The position numbers and the translations under genes are program-made. Below, one piece after another: positions 47,608 through 62,499 of a stretch of 64,000 bases of DNA; position 1 is the stretch's first letter; each line of letters opens with the position of its first letter. This stretch comes from Marsupella aquatica (taxonomy: Eukaryota > Plantae > Marchantiophyta): contig OZ316894.1 in the NCBI GenBank assembly GCA_973895155.1, positions 24,612,709 through 24,676,708 on the forward strand, read 5' to 3'. The notes beneath the pieces were generated by a model. The model saw only the letters and a program-made list of their open reading frames with translations. It did not search any database and was not told the DNA's origin.

Positions 47608-50600
47608 CCATGAGTTCAACAATTGTATTTGGTGGGACACATTGAGGTCTTCTTTTGCGTCCAAATCAAATGCAAAATAGAGAAAAAGTCGACCAAGTCA
47701 CTAAAATGGCCAAACAAAGTACAGTAGAGAAAAGGACCAAGTCACAAAAAAGTGCCAAACAAAGTACCATGGAGTAAAAGCTAAAAGAAGTCCAGATAGA
47801 ACAAAACACCAGCTCGAAAGGAGAGTGCAAAAGCAAACCCCCAAAATCCATTCAGAAGACCGAAATCCAGTCATGCGAGGTTTGCATCATTGAGCTGTGT
47901 GACCCGTTGTCCATGGACGTCAGCGATCTGCTTTTGTTTGTCGGAAAAGGCATGATTGGTTATCGAGCCGCCGAACCCCAATATTCAACAAGTTGCAAAC
48001 CAGCTCAAAAAGCAAATCGCAAATCCCATAGGACCCTACAAGCTCGGCTGGCTCGGTCGACTGTACTGAAATAGTTCCATGTGTTTTACAACGCATGCTG
48101 GATTGATGGGGTGTCAAGTTATAATCTAACATCAGAGCCCGTTGACCAGGGTATGAGTTGCAGCACCACTACAGTAGCATCCGCTACTTGCAAAGTCCTG
48201 TCATCCTGAGGAGGACCACAGTGCTTTTTCAATGCCTTAAAAAACAAAAAACTTAGCTGCATAGAATTCTTATTTTCTTAAACTGCAATGAATTATTACA
48301 TGACTGTAGAAATAGCAGGCACTGTACAACAGAAATGGAGCACACGAACAAGCTAGTCAGCAGGTAGGAATGAAGTTTATGCCTGTCTTGTTCGTGTGCT
48401 CCATTTCTATTGCACAGTACGTGCGAGAAAATCGGTGGACTTCAAATATTTCTAGCATCTTAAGGTGAACTAAACGAGATAATCTTCGTTTTGAATTGTG
48501 ATTGCCTTCCCGCACAACCTTTAGAGCGCTCAATAAATTGAACCACAAAAATTTAGATGGATGTCATGGGCTCAGAGACCGATGCGACATTCGTCACACT
48601 TCATTGTAACTTTCAGGTTCCATACTGAACGACTCGTACTGAGATTCGTCAATGATAAAACTCATGCGTCATTTGTCACAAATCTCAGGAACTGACATTA
48701 TGCATCTTCTACACATTAGCGAGGAAGGTTGTTTTCAATATGATAAACATTTCCACCCTCGGACTAAACTCCCTTTTGGGCTAAGCATTGTTTAGTGACA
48801 AGAAACGAATTATGGGCTCTTCTGCACTCCAGATGGCTACTCAAAGAGAATTGTTCTGTTCTATATCCGCCCAGGTACATACAGCAAAGAGTGTCTCATC
48901 CATTCCCCAATTGCCGCTATGTCTGGAATAGCACATGAGACTCATGCAGTATGCTTGTTTCAGTTCGATCAGGATTAATCTGAGTGTCTCTGTGACAGCG
49001 TTTTGGTTCTTGAATTCGTCTCTTCCGTTCAGATTGTAGATTTTCGGCTCTTGAGTTAGTAGCTTGGATATCCTGGTTTGGGTCTCATTCTGCATTGGTT
49101 GGTCCAGTGAACAGCTCGCTGCGCTGAGTTGTTCTTGTTCCATCGCGTCATGTGCATATCTTTGTGGTCTCTCGTAATCTGAATTTGTGGCTGATCTGCA
49201 TGAATAGCAGCAACACAAATTTGGCGAAGAAAAAGCAACTCTCTACTGTTGTGGAAGATGACTAACCTTAATTATAATACGATGGCACTCATTATTGTTT
49301 ACAATGTAGCTTAACTATCAGAAGGGTATGTGACTCACATGATCGACAGTCGATGTGCTCTCAAAAGTTCCATTTGTAATACGTCTAAATCCCTGACCCT
49401 ACGTTTCTTTCCATTCAAACGAAAGGGCTTATACCACATTCACCTGTGTATGCCAAATGAATCGACGTTTTTCGAATTACAACCTGTGATACGATCACCT
49501 TTGCTCGTTCTTACTGCGGAGGATTTTTGATGCCAGAATTCAGCAGGGCAAAATTAAAACCAGCCCCACTCTCGAATGACTTTCAGTCTTTCATGGGACC
49601 ACGAAAAGTTTTCTGAATTACGAAATTAATTCCAGCATCAACGACAAGTTGATGATAATGCGGCAGAAAAAGAAGATTTGATTATCCATTGCAAATGGGA
49701 ATTCAATTGAAACGACTGCAGTACTACATAATTTAACTTTTACCAGTACTACGTGCCCCTAGACTCATTACTGACCAGGAACGATCCCTTTTTCTCGCTT
49801 GGACCCTTCATAAAGAGCAGGCAGAGGCATCATGGGTAGTAATGTTGGCAGTAGACTAGCACTGTCAGTAAAGTTCTGTGAATCTGTGATACCCAGCTTG
49901 CATTTAATAATATTAAAGGGACACTCATAATGATGACTTTTAAAAAGTATCATTATATAATATTATCAGTCATTGAGGGGAGAGAAACAAAAGGCGAAGA
50001 AACGTATCTCAATTCTCCTGGATGTTCATCATCAGCAGAAGCAACCCCTGAGTTTTTATCGCAACTCTATATAAAGTTCGGAAACTGTGTCCTGAGCGTT
50101 ACACAGAATCTTCTGTTTTCTTATATCTTATCGATCATTCAACAGACGACGTGGGCTTTATATGGCTAGTGGCGGTTTAACAAAATGATGCAGCAGTGCA
50201 ACTTGGCAATTGGACCCAGCATCTCCAACTTTGTCGAAATTTTGACGATCGCTACTTACCGGTTTTGTTGTAAACAATTTCCACTTGTGTTGCATTCCCC
50301 GTGGACATTCTCTGGGCCAGACTCAGTGACAGGAAAGAAGGGAGTCGAGGGACGGAAAGAAAGGTCATTGAAGCACAACTGACGGCAGAAGGGTTACCGC
50401 CAAAGAAAACACAGAATATTATTAGTGACGCAATGGAAACATATATTATGTTGAAAACCTGCACACGGCGCACGCGCACGAAACGAGAAGAGGCTTATTA
50501 TTGCGCTCTCCTGAATCATAAATCTTGTTCTCATTATTAAAATTCAGAGAGACTGAGATATTGTAACATTGTAACTCGAATACTCGAGCATCTCAACTCT

Positions 50601-51281
50601 GGACCCAATCTTGACGGAATAACCTACGATGGGTACCGACTCTATCTGCCATTTGACTGACTGGACTTTTTTCAAGGTAAGAAAGCCACTCGAACTTTAT
50701 TGAGGAACCTTAATCTCTTTTTTTTTGAGGCAGGAAAGCCACTCAAACTTTATTGCAGTCAACTCTTTTGTCGTTTTAGGCAGGAAAGCAACTCAAACTT
50801 CATTGCAGTTCAGCTTCTGATTCTGCAACATGGGGCTTCTACTGCAATTGGGTTCTTTTTGCCTCCAAGTGGATACTTTGCTAAATAAAAAACTTACATA
50901 AAGGCGATCCCAGTTTGAAAATGAAAGTGCCTGGAAATGGGGGATTCTATTGTAAGAGTGAAACTGAGGGCCATTTTACACAAACACAACCTGTCTATTT
51001 TGCTTTATTATTTGTATTTTATTAAATCCGTACCCTTTGATCAGGCTTTTTGGCAAAGTTAGCTTTACATATTAAGAACAAAACATCATAGATTGGAGCC
51101 GGTCGGCTTTCAGTGGAGATAACCCATCATATTTGAGCTTATGACTCTCTCCGCAACCACTGAAACGAATCCTGAAAATTTGACAAAGGAAAACCCCGCA
51201 TTATGAGTTGAGGTGGATGTGCAGCTGCTGTGTGCTGTTCCTATTGTTGGCAAGGGTGACTGGGATGATGGATTACGTCAA

Positions 51282-51613
51282 TGTTGGAAATGAACCACAC
51301 TCGAACGAAGATGGATACAGCCACAAAGGGCCTGTAGCTCAGTGGTAGAGCACTACGATGTACACGGGAATTCCTAGGTTCAATTCCTAGCCGGTCCATG
51401 TTGTTGAAAGTTCCAACATGGTATCAGAGCCAAAGAAAAGGAATTTCCCTTATAGCGAGTGCGGCTCAAGGGTGGGTGTTGGAAATGAACCACACTCGAA
51501 CGAAGATGGATACAGCCACAAAGGGCCTGTAGTTCAGTGGTAGAGCACTACGATGTACACGGGAGTTCCTAGGTTCAATTCCTAGCCGGTCCATGTTGTT
51601 AAAAGTTCCAACA
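51282..51613 (+). mobile_element. TRIM (non-autonomous mini LTR element) with tRNA-derived LTRs (Helenus-like)
   Basis: 137-bp LTRs at 51282-51418 and 51477-51613 (TGTTGGAA..TTCCAACA, 3 substitutions), PBS TGGTATCAGAGCC at 51419-51431, PPT AAGGGTGGG, TSD GTCAA. Confidence 0.95.
51328..51398 (+). ncRNA. tRNA-like module with Pol III A/B boxes in the 5' LTR (second copy 51523-51593)
   Basis: GGGCCTG/CCGGTCC-A acceptor stem, TAGCTCAGTGGTAGAGC D-arm (A box), CTAGG-TTCAATT-CCTAG T-arm (B box). The anticodon arm pairs poorly. Confidence 0.8.
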
Positions 51614-53180
51614 GTCAAGTGACTACAGAGGAAAGCATCTGTTTCTCTAGTCTTCCAAGGATGATGCTAGCTGACCAGGACCCAGGCTCAATGGTACGAA
51701 TCTTATGCAGGGGATCAGTTTGAATTGGCACAGGTTTTTTCCATACCAGTTATTTCTTGGCAGCAGCACTGAGCTTGGTTCATTCTACGTATTAATTGGA
51801 AATAGCTTCTCACCTACTATATTTCCTCTCGTGAGGGAGGCAATGTCAGTTCTTGTACATGATTTTTAGCCAACTGCTACCTTCAGCCACCTGCATGTCG
51901 TCTTGACTATCCTTCCGGGTATCTTTCTCGGTTTGCGCTAGTGGAGTTGTGGATCTGGATTCTGTTTCAGACTTGATGTTATACAACTTGGGAGGTGTTT
52001 TAATCATACCTTCTTCAACTAACCTGAATTACATTTTCTTGTTGCACATCTCCTCTCACTACACATCAAAGCTGCAGGTATGGCATCATGTGGTTTGACA
52101 AAATTAATTTAAATGGGCCACACATAGATTTGCAGAGGTCATAGTGAAGAGCATCAAGATACAAATTGAATGCAAGATTGAACGAGTGTCACCACACGCA
52201 GCTAGAATTGATAAAGCACTACCTTAGCAACTGTATATGTGCATAGTTAGATTTAGCAAGCTTGTATAGAGATGATCGAATGGAAACACATGGTGAAGCT
52301 GGTTAAACAAAATAGGGACATTGAAGGTGTTGCATGAAAGAAATCTCAGACAGCCCAGGATCCCAGTGGAAGCAATGGATAAGAAATCCTATGGTAGCCC
52401 AATCAAAAAAATAAAATCCGAGAGATCAAAGAGGAATCACGAAATTTTGAGGAGTAGTGTGGAGAAAGATATATCGCAAACCATTTGTTACTAACCTATC
52501 CCCCAAACTGACTTCATTGTCACCATTGTCACCTTGTGACCCATTTTGTCTATGGATTAACCAACTCGAACCTGCTATAGGCATTGATTAGTCTGGACCA
52601 CATGGTGAGGTGCAATTGGCCCCACCTTACAACAGGTCTTCTCTTTATATTTTGTTCTGGTCTTCGGCTTTTTGCCAATTTTTTGGCACAAATACTGTCA
52701 ACCAAGTATGATTTCCTAAAAATATTAGACCTTCGCAAAAAGTCAAGTGCAACTCTTAAAAAGTTTTATTAGTTTTTGGTCGGATTTTGGTGCGAAAAAC
52801 TATCCAACAGTTTTTTCGATTTAGTTTTTTCATGCCCTTCTTTTATTATCCGGACACGAAAGTCGGATCACTCATCCCTGGTTGACATACTTTAACAGAG
52901 GATAATTTCTCTTCGAATTTTCACGCGAAGGCTCACAGACTTTGCAAATAGGTCGATGAAAACGAAGATTTCATGTGTAGTGGATTGATTTGTGAGCATA
53001 TATTCAATGCAATTATATTTACAGCTTTTAAACAATCAGGACCTGCACAGATATGCCAATTTGGCATGCAGCAGATTATGGCACGACTGGCCCTCTTCAA
53101 TTCACGCACTTCTTAGAAGAGGTGGAAAACATATTACTACCCTTGTACATGAAATGACACTGGAGAGACAAAAATATGCT

Positions 53181-56100
53181 CTATATCGTAGCTGGCCTTT
53201 GATCTTGTTCACGTGCCGCAAATGCAGTTGTATCGATCCGCATTTCCACCCCTAGGGTCCCGTTGCTCGCAAACTGTGCAGGACAGGGCACGTTCAACTC
53301 TGATGTGACAAAACGAACAATATCTGCAGTGACATCCCCTATTCCGAGCTTGTTGAGGGTTATCGCTATGGAAAAGTTGTGAGAAGGATCACAAAAGCCG
53401 GTCGACCCACCTAACCCAGAATGGCCAAATGCACAACTGTCTACCACGGGAAGACCATCATCCAAAAGGGGTTCCATCCTCATGAACCCTAGACCGAATC
53501 GCCCCACAGGAATTGCAATATCGCTGCACTGACCTCTCCCAACAAAATTCTCCAAAATCCGGGGGTCTTTATATAGCTTGTCTTTCTGCTGTTCTGGTGA
53601 AGAGATTGATGCAACCTTCCTGCCAAGTTCCTTATCACCGATGGTAGCTTTACCATTCTTTTTTTTCCCCCTTCCCGTGCTGATCAGTTTGACTTTATTG
53701 GGATATTGAGGATGGCTTCCTAAGGGGGGTTCACTAGAAGACTCACTCTTTGGAGCAATCCCACCAGTAGCCATCGTAGCATAGTATCTGGCGAGGGCCC
53801 GGGCAGAGAAATGGCCGTTGGCTGAAGGTATAATCGCTCGACGAACCAAGAGAGTGTTGAATATGAAAGGAAGAGTCGAGAGGGTACGAATCGCATCACC
53901 CGGCCCCGTACCAAGAAGTTTCCTAACCCGTTGCTCTAGGGCTCCCTCTCCGTCAGCAGCTCCGTCGTTGCTTGATAGAGACTGTAAAGCAGATTTGGCA
54001 AACGCCATCTTCAATTCATCTGCGTCCAATGTAAGTGACGCCAGGCGAGTCTCCACACCTGCATCAACCCGATTTTAAAGTTCACATAATTATTTGATAA
54101 AAAGCTTGGCGTATCTGAAGCATGAAAGAGTAAAACTCAAGATCACCTGTCGTAATTGCGGGGAAGTAGTTGTCTGAAACTTTGCTAAAATAGGAACTGT
54201 TACGTCTTAGTATCTAAGCAATAGTATGACAGTCCTTGGATGTTCATCCTCATACACCACACCGTCTGGCAGATAGAAGCCTCCTGCTTGACTTCCCACG
54301 GTGCCCATATCAAATTCCAACAATACCCAGTTTTAAAATATTCACCTGGTGGAATGCCAATATAAAATTCCCCTTGTACGTGCAGGTGATCGACCAACAC
54401 ATCCTCCAGCAGTTTTTGAAATGGTTGTCCTGTTGCTTTCTGGTCCAGGCAACAGAAGTAAATAGTTCGTGACAATTATCAAACGCACATTCACATTTTC
54501 GATTCTTCACAGATGCAGAACGCCATTATTCAAATCAATGCTTCAATCCTTGGCTCAGACCATAAATCTTTGGCTTGCTGCAACACCTCTTGTGCAGTCT
54601 AGAAAAACTCAGTTGTCATGTTTTCTTTCTAGGCTTTCCAAATATCGCCTTAACTACAATTTCTCTCAATTTAAAAAAGGCAAATTTTAATACTGACACG
54701 CAAGTGTTTAATTTCTTAGCATTCTTAACCACGTCTAACTAGATCCAATCGAAGACTGAACTGAGCTGAACTGAACTGAGCTGAACTGAACTGAACTGAA
54801 CTGAACTGAGGAGTAGATCAGAACCTCTGCAATTCCTCCACAGAGCCAACCGTAAGTCAGGGTATGATAGTGCTGCTCGCTTCCAGGTACAGTCTCTGGA
54901 ATGGCTTCAGCAATTTGGGCTAGTGTGTCTGACCAATTACACATCGACATTGGATTCTGTCGAGCACCTGCCAACGCATTTTGTAATCCAGCAGTATGAT
55001 TCAGCACATTCGCAACCTGCATGCCAAACCAAGCCATACCCATTCGATATTACCACTCGCGAAATACTTCTAATTCATACTTAGTGTGAAGCTCTTTAAT
55101 GTGGTGTTTGCTATAAAGAACAGGAAATCTAGTTGAGATTGGACCAACGCTGCATAACTGGTCTGTTCCAAGACTGGACGCACATTCGTCGTTTCATGCT
55201 TCTCATTCTCATTTACTTCATTACCACTCCAGCTAAGGCCCAAGTTGGCCAATAAGTGATTCAGAGTGCTCCACTTTCTAAACACAGGAATACGTAGCTA
55301 TTGATTCAATAGCTACGAATCAATATACACAATGACTATTGGCATAGAAGTGGAACTATTGCATCTAGGCAAGAATCCTGAATAGTTACAGATCATTGCT
55401 TCATCGGAGACAACTCCTTCACTTTCTCATGAAATTGAAGAGAACGATAAGCAGTGAATGACATTGATTTCCCCATGAAGATCTGAGCGCCGACGTAGCT
55501 TAAACAAAGATCCTATCCAGCAGCATGTAGGAAAACCACTCATAAACAACTCGTTTGATATCGCACTTTGGATACAGGAGGATTCACATGGACATAACGA
55601 CAGACAGTTTTTATTCTAACTTTATGATAAAACCTGCATGTTGTTCCTCATGACGATAGTGATGTGAGGAATTCTCGCGTTTACCCATAAAAAAAATGTC
55701 AACAGAACAGCGTACAAGAGGCACTGCTCTTACAACATGAGCAACTTTCTAGAAATCTGAAAGTAGCTTGGAACTGTTGAGAAAGCTAACTAATTGGCCA
55801 GAACAATACTCACTGTAATGTTCTCCTTTCCATTGACTCCAAACTCTGGCCAGTAGGTGGAAACTTTTTCACGGAGGTCAATTTTCCTGTTATAAAATAT
55901 AACCAAATAAGATAAAACCCCAAAGAATCCGATGAGATTAGCAATTGGTATGCATCACCGATCCTTTCGACTGTCGAATCACTTGTGACTTTCCAAACTT
56001 GTCCAATGAAGGCAAAAGGCGACATTTAACTGCCTCGCGTGTAAAGTCAGATAAATGCATGAGCATGGTTCTCCATCATGATGTGTTCTCCATCATAGTA

Positions 56101-59100
56101 AATAACAGACACATTCCGAATTATATGATGTGCAAGAATGGTTCAAGTAAACTCTTACCCTTGATCTGCTAGCCAATGTAGAAGGCCAGCTGTCACACCC
56201 TTTGTGACAGAGAACACCGGAAACAAGCTATCAGGCTCAACAGGCCGTGGATCGTATTTGCCGAGCACTCCCCCAGTTGTATCAATAATCACTTTTCCAT
56301 CATGGTATGCACAAACCTGAGTATAAAATCCATCGTCAAACCTCAAGTCTAGTTCTCTTTGATTGAACCATCTAACTCACCTAGATATTCTTCATGACAG
56401 AGTAGGATAACTGAAACATTCCGGTATACCACCCTTACACAATTCATTCATTTGTACGACATTCCCTGGCCAAAAAGTCGCGGCAAACTAATAAATTCAG
56501 CCTTAGCTATCAGCCACGTCGTTTAAGTCTCAGAACAAGGCAAAGCACTGACCCGGTACCATTCCGGTGAAAGTACTTCGAAACGACATTCTTATCTCAG
56601 ACTATTCTCTGTCAAGAACAACATTGCACTTGTGCGACCCCAATATTGCATAAAACATGACCATTCAAAACCAGACACCAAAGTTATTGCACACCATCTA
56701 ATGAACTCAAAGCCAGATGACAAGGGACAACAGAAATGAGGAGGACAGGTACACTCTGTGCAATGAGCTAGGGCGGCCAAAAACTTTATGGCATCGATGT
56801 TGTAAGTAAGGTGAGAGAGGCCACCTGAACACCTAAGATACGATTGTCTTGCCCCATCTGTTGTAAAAGACCTCTTAGTTTCTCCTCAACCTTAGAGTGG
56901 ACCCCTTTCGTATGTATCCAGTTCTGCTGCTGAAGGATTCGATCAGCCAAAATATCACCACTGCAAATGGAACATCTCCAAATATTAACACCAAAATGAG
57001 ATTGCGTCTAGAATGCAACATGCCAACACCAGCGTTGGGATACTTTACGATTATGCTGGACATATGAATATCATGTAATTTTCCAGAAATATCATTTAAA
57101 AAGCTGGCCTTTCGTCCTTCAGTCGGATGCTGTAAGGAATTGCTAGTGCATCAATGGGTATATACAGAATTTATCCATTCCATACTCCAGACGAAGAAAA
57201 CGCATATTACAAAAAAAATAGGGACCTTGATCGCTAATGACACCAAGTAAAACACACCTCCACAGTGCTGCCTCAGCGAATGGTCTCATCACTTCAAGGT
57301 ACACCACTTGAGCATCCAGCATTGATGATATGCCTACATCAACCACTCAATACTTTGAATGCCGCTATTCCTGATCATCGCAGTCGTACACTGAGAAAGA
57401 AGCATGCCTCACAACAAGTCTGTCTTTTTATTTCACTATTCCAAAGGACTGGTTTTTTGTAGGTGAGAAAATATGTTCGTGTTGATAACGTGAAAACATA
57501 GTTTATTCATATTAAACAACACTAGTTGATAAGATCCATTCGACCACTCACAAGAGGAGTACAGCATACCGAAAAGAAATTCATGGCGTTTTCCAAGAAG
57601 CAATTCGCACTCCACACGAAAACCAAAACAAAACGAATCAAAAGAAAGTCGAGCTCACCTCGCAGCAAATTCAGCACCCGCATGAAAAAGACAGCATCAC
57701 CAGGGAATGCATCCACCTGCAAACAAAGAGACAATCACTATCTTGAACGACAAGGCTTCTTCGTCGACGTTAAGACAGGTTCTGGTCCACAGCATGCTCG
57801 TTGACATAAGCTGTAACAAGATGACTCAATACTGCTGCTTCGTATGTGCTCTGTGTAAGGAGTGCAAACAGCATATAAACAGATATTAAAGAAGAGATTG
57901 CTTGACGTCTTCAGCGTACCGGGTTCCGGACACGCCGGCCAGACTTATCTTCGTCGTTCAATTTTTCTTCAACACGTTTCATACGTTCCTCTGCTTCTTT
58001 TCCCATTTTCTTCAGTTGAGCCTGTCGGACGTAGTGAAGATCAGTCCACTCTCACTAATGTATATCAGAGGGAGACCAGAAGTGCCGCAAGCCCAACAGC
58101 TATGCCAGAAAGATTCAGAAAGAGGACAAAGGGCTTACAAGAGACTCCTTAGCAGGGACGGAGCGGCGGAAGAAGAAATTCGTGACTTCCATCGCCTCTT
58201 CTGGCATGTCCATTCGAAGCTTCAACCCCAGTTCCGCGAAAGCGGATAACAAGGATGAATAATCCCCCTGCACATCTCGAAAATGCCCGTCTCAATTTAA
58301 ACATGTGGAAACATGTTTAAGTACCTCCTGGCAGCCACATGTACTACTTGCTGAATAAATAAAATAAATAATTCCTTCTACATTCACTCTTTCCAATGGG
58401 AAAAGCAAGAAAGGAAATAGATGCCACCATCCATAGAAACCTTACTGCTAAGTATGCGGTAGGAGCAATATCAATCTTACATAATAATTTCAAAAGTTAA
58501 AGAGGGAGGCTGGACTAGGATAGAGATTGACCTCTGCACATGCAAGTAGCAATTTAGCGAGAGCCTGCTTCTTGTCGAATGTCAATGACTTTGTCAAACC
58601 AAAATCCAATAAAATTGGACGAAACGGTGCTTCCTTACTGACCAAAAAGTTTCCTGCTCCCCCATACCCGACAGAGACTCAATGAGCAATAATAAAATAA
58701 CTCAGAAGACAAAAAACCTCCTGGACCCATGAATGATTGAAAGAAGAACCAAGACGAACAAAATCTTGAAATTGACGTGTCAACTACATGGCATATTTTC
58801 AAATATTTGTTTCTTGCAAATTACAGACTCACCAATGGATTCATTTCACCAGGTGATCATGAGTCCACGTCTGCCAAAGCGACAAACTAATGCAAGAGGA
58901 TTTACCTGGATGAGGATCGGCATTAAAGAATCCATCCACAAAAATCTGGTGAGCATACGACCGAGTGATTGTCTCAACCAACAGCTGTTTGTTGACCCCC
59001 AAGGATTCCAGTGCTTTGATATCACTGAGGCGAACGCCATCCATGTATTGCAGCACAAGAACTGTTTCTGTTGACTGCAAAAAGAAAATTCAGCGATACT

Positions 59101-62000
59101 TTACGGGGCAAGTATGCAAAACACTTATCTTCCCTAATGCTCAAACGAGCACCAAGAACGAGTTTCCCAAAGCAACCTAATTAATTTAGAACAATGGAGA
59201 TTTGATATAAATAGCTAGCTTCACAATTTATAAATGGACTAAGACTAGGTTCTTGAGACTTGGTACCAAAATAAAATTTTAGACAATAACCACTTTCATC
59301 CATGTAAAATGCAGACAGTTTCCCGATCATTTGAGTGGTTATTTTCTTAAACTATGTCAAGTATTAAACAATTTGCGGTCCTCAGCCCTAACCTCTCACA
59401 GCCAGGCATGAAGGACGTGCACCTCTGTTGATGCTGTATCGCACCTATTGGTAGGACTTAATTTCTTCACAGTAAGGAGGTATTTGCTGGTGATCTCAAA
59501 GTTATACATTTATCTCTTGATAACAGTATTTACACTTGTAACTGAATGACAGAATCGGAATCATCTATTCTTATATATTTATTTTTCTCTTCTCGAAAAC
59601 GAATGCTCATAGTTTACACGGAAATAGATCCAACCTGGATGACATCTGGCACTAACACATCAACTTTGTCTGCAGAAAAATGAATGTTATCCTTGTTCGT
59701 CATATCCAAATTGCGGGCAACTGTCCGAGTGTTCTCTGCAATACGTAAAAACATTGTCAAAAAAAACAAGATGGAGGAAACCTTTGGGATAGACCGTAAA
59801 CGACTCCTAATTCCCAAAATCCAAATCCAGATCAACTGGAACAGACGCCCTATTCTTTGTAGCTGAAATTATGCCAAACCCGAACAAAGGTTTCTGGGAA
59901 CAATCGAAACTATAAAGTACAACAAAGCTCATAGAAGTGTATCTGACTACATCTTTCCGAATACAAATAAGCATAGGCTTTGACCCCATCTTTGCCATGA
60001 ATGCTGTGCCTGCATGTTTAAAAACTTTCATTTTTGTAAATCCAGTCTATTTTATGAGAACAAAATTTCCACTCGTGGTACTGCCAGCCCAGATGATGAC
60101 GATCTTCTCCGTCAAATAAGTGCATAGGACAATATAAATTAAAATTTTCAGTACAGCTCGAAAATGACCTGCTTCTGAGTTGAAATCGAGCTCTTTCGGC
60201 ACTTCATTACACCATTCATCCATTACTGGCCCAAAGTTGAACTGTGGCTCAGCCCAAGCAATCCATTTGACAATGGTGCGGGCATTCCTCAGGTCCTGTC
60301 AAACAGGAACCACTACGATCCAAACTTAATTCTGATTTACACGTGGACAGAAAAGACCATTCTGTCGAAGTCTGACATTCTGAACTTACTACACCCGTTA
60401 CTCCGCAACCTGAGATGTACATGAGTCAAGCAGTGGTCACATGAAATCTTCCGACTTGTGTCTTTCGTTTTTGTACTGCACTTCTAGCTCAATGGTCTCT
60501 TTGTACTGTCCTAGGACGGGATTTATGAACATAATATCAATGCCTTCATTTGTTCATCCCTTGTAGGAACAGCAAATACCTGTAGAATGACGTCCTTGAT
60601 GCCTTCGTGCTGTACCTTCACAACCACCTTCACGCCATCCTTAGTTTCTGCCCTGTGTACCTGTGCTATCTGTAATTGTCATCCATAGAACCAAAAGAAG
60701 AAGTCAAAATCGTCCATTTAAGGAGAAGATAATGTGTATTATGAGAGACTGAACATTGGCAACTTGTCCACAGATGGACAAGGGGATGCTTAGTAGCCAC
60801 AAAATACATAACCATGAAGAGCATGATGGGCTTACAGAGGCCGTTGCAAGTGGTGTGTCATCAAAGCTGCTAAAAATATCAGCCGGCGGCCTCCCAAGCT
60901 CCTTCGTTATGGTTTTATATACCTGCAGATTCGGAGAACCAGAATGTTATAATCAAAAACAAAATAGGATGTCCCAGCTATCTGTAAGATAGTCACCATT
61001 ACCTAGTCCGGAGTACAAACTTTGTCGCGAAGAGGAAAACAGTGTAAGAATGACATTGCAGTAGACATCATTGGTTGTCAAGTTCTCATCAAACAGTATA
61101 GCCTCCAAATCACGATGTGCAGTACAAGGCAAACTTTGAAATGATCAGAGGGCCAGAAAATATTATGAATTATCCAAACTAGGCTTGCGAGGATTAGGCT
61201 GCTAGTACAAAACTATATAAAACATGCGATGCAGTGCACCCATGGTAAAGAAGACTAGATACCTCAGCAATAGGCCGGGGCGGCAGAGAATCTTGGAGCT
61301 CCTTAAGACAATTAACGTAGGCTTCAGGTAATACGTCTGCTCGGGTGGACAGATATTGACCCAGTTTGACCCAAAGACCCTCAAGTTGAACGATGACCTT
61401 CAGCACCCTTTCGGCATTTCTTTTATGTACGCGCTCCCACATTCTATCCACAGCGTCTGCCTTTGTCCATTTCTCCTTCTTTTGAGTCACCTGAAAAATA
61501 TCCGCCACACATGGAGTTGAGATCACTTTTATCCATTGAGAGAAAAAACCGCAATTCCAGTAAACCGAAAACCGGATTCATCCTCAACATTGATAAGCGA
61601 CAACATTGTAGTTCTTGTGGCATCTGCTGGCCCCTCGAATCTCGAAATCACTTGCTTAACTTAAGATCGTCATTCTGCCCATTGAGGCAGGTTTCTCCAG
61701 CCAGCTAGAAATCGGGGTTCAAATATCGGAGAAGTGTAGCAAGTTATTTTACTCAGAATTCCAAGAAGTTCACTGTGATTGACTCACCCGTGCCCAAATG
61801 CTCATCCCACTAATGATAGCTGAAACCGAAATTAGAGCACTCGGAAACGGACACTGAACCAAAAGTCAATTCTCTGTCCGGAAAGGAGAACACCGAGCCC
61901 CTGTCAGAGAACGATATGAGTATCATACCTTGTAATCAAAAAATACGGCAAGCGTAGTCATGAAGACCTTCATTTGTCGGACGAAATTCCCTGACCCCAT
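53181..62000 (-). CDS. ABC1K11: ABC1/UbiB atypical kinase fused to a serine beta-lactamase-like domain; 18 exons: 62000-61929, 61490-61263, 60922-60836, 60669-60580, 60295-60169, 59735-59635, 59074-58906, 58653-58532, 58267-58139, 58021-57920, 57716-57659, 57333-57258, 56960-56825, 56316-56159, 55886-55814, 55016-54825, 54439-54346, 54058-53181
   Basis: Kinase motifs VKLGQYLSTRAD, ATASIAQVHRA, VVVKVQH, ELDF, FFNADPHPGNF and LLDFGL. Lactamase motifs FSVTK (SxxK), LNHTAGL, YHTLTYGWL and FGHSGLGGS. GT-AG introns. Confidence 0.92.
54755..54809. repeat. (ACTGA)n pentanucleotide microsatellite in an intron
   Basis: actgaactgagctgaactgaactga..., about 11 units. Confidence 0.9.
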
Positions 62001-62499
62001 GTTGTATAGCTGAGACCAAATGAATTTTGTTCGTTGCGCTCGTCTCGTTGTCACTGCCTTCTTAAACACACCTAAGAGCAACCTTATCCCCTGGCCAGAC
62101 CAATCCGGCAACAGTTTGCAACAACTGAGTGCGCTTCAAGACGAGAAGAGGCCGGCCCCTCGGCAACTACACGACGCGACAAAACATCATCATCAGCATC
62201 TTCTTCTCCGAGACAAGATGGCAGATAAAAACTACAGGCCCCTCCTCAAGCCGGTAATTGGATCAAAACCATTCCAGTACTGAATGTACTATCTGCTTTA
62301 TCTGATCATCAACACCCCTGGTGACGCGCCTGCTAACCCTCCCATTCTACGTAAGGGCTGAGAATTCAAATCAAATCAGATTTCCCTCAGACGCTACTCT
62401 TCCTCCTCCTCCTACTACTACTACTCCCCGCCCTGCTACTGCTGCTGCTTGCATACATCTTCTCTCTCTCCCTTCTTCCAAACAGAAAATCTGTATATA

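Noticed and set aside
48841-49238. 125-aa minus-strand ORF
   Set aside because: No recognisable homology, non-ATG start and no supporting exons.
51328-51593. Two functional tRNA genes
   Set aside because: The anticodon stem does not pair, there is no oligo-T terminator, and both copies lie inside LTRs of a TSD-flanked TRIM.
53181-56316. Bacterial beta-lactamase / antibiotic-resistance HGT
   Set aside because: It is the intron-containing C-terminal domain of the known plant ABC1K-lactamase fusion.
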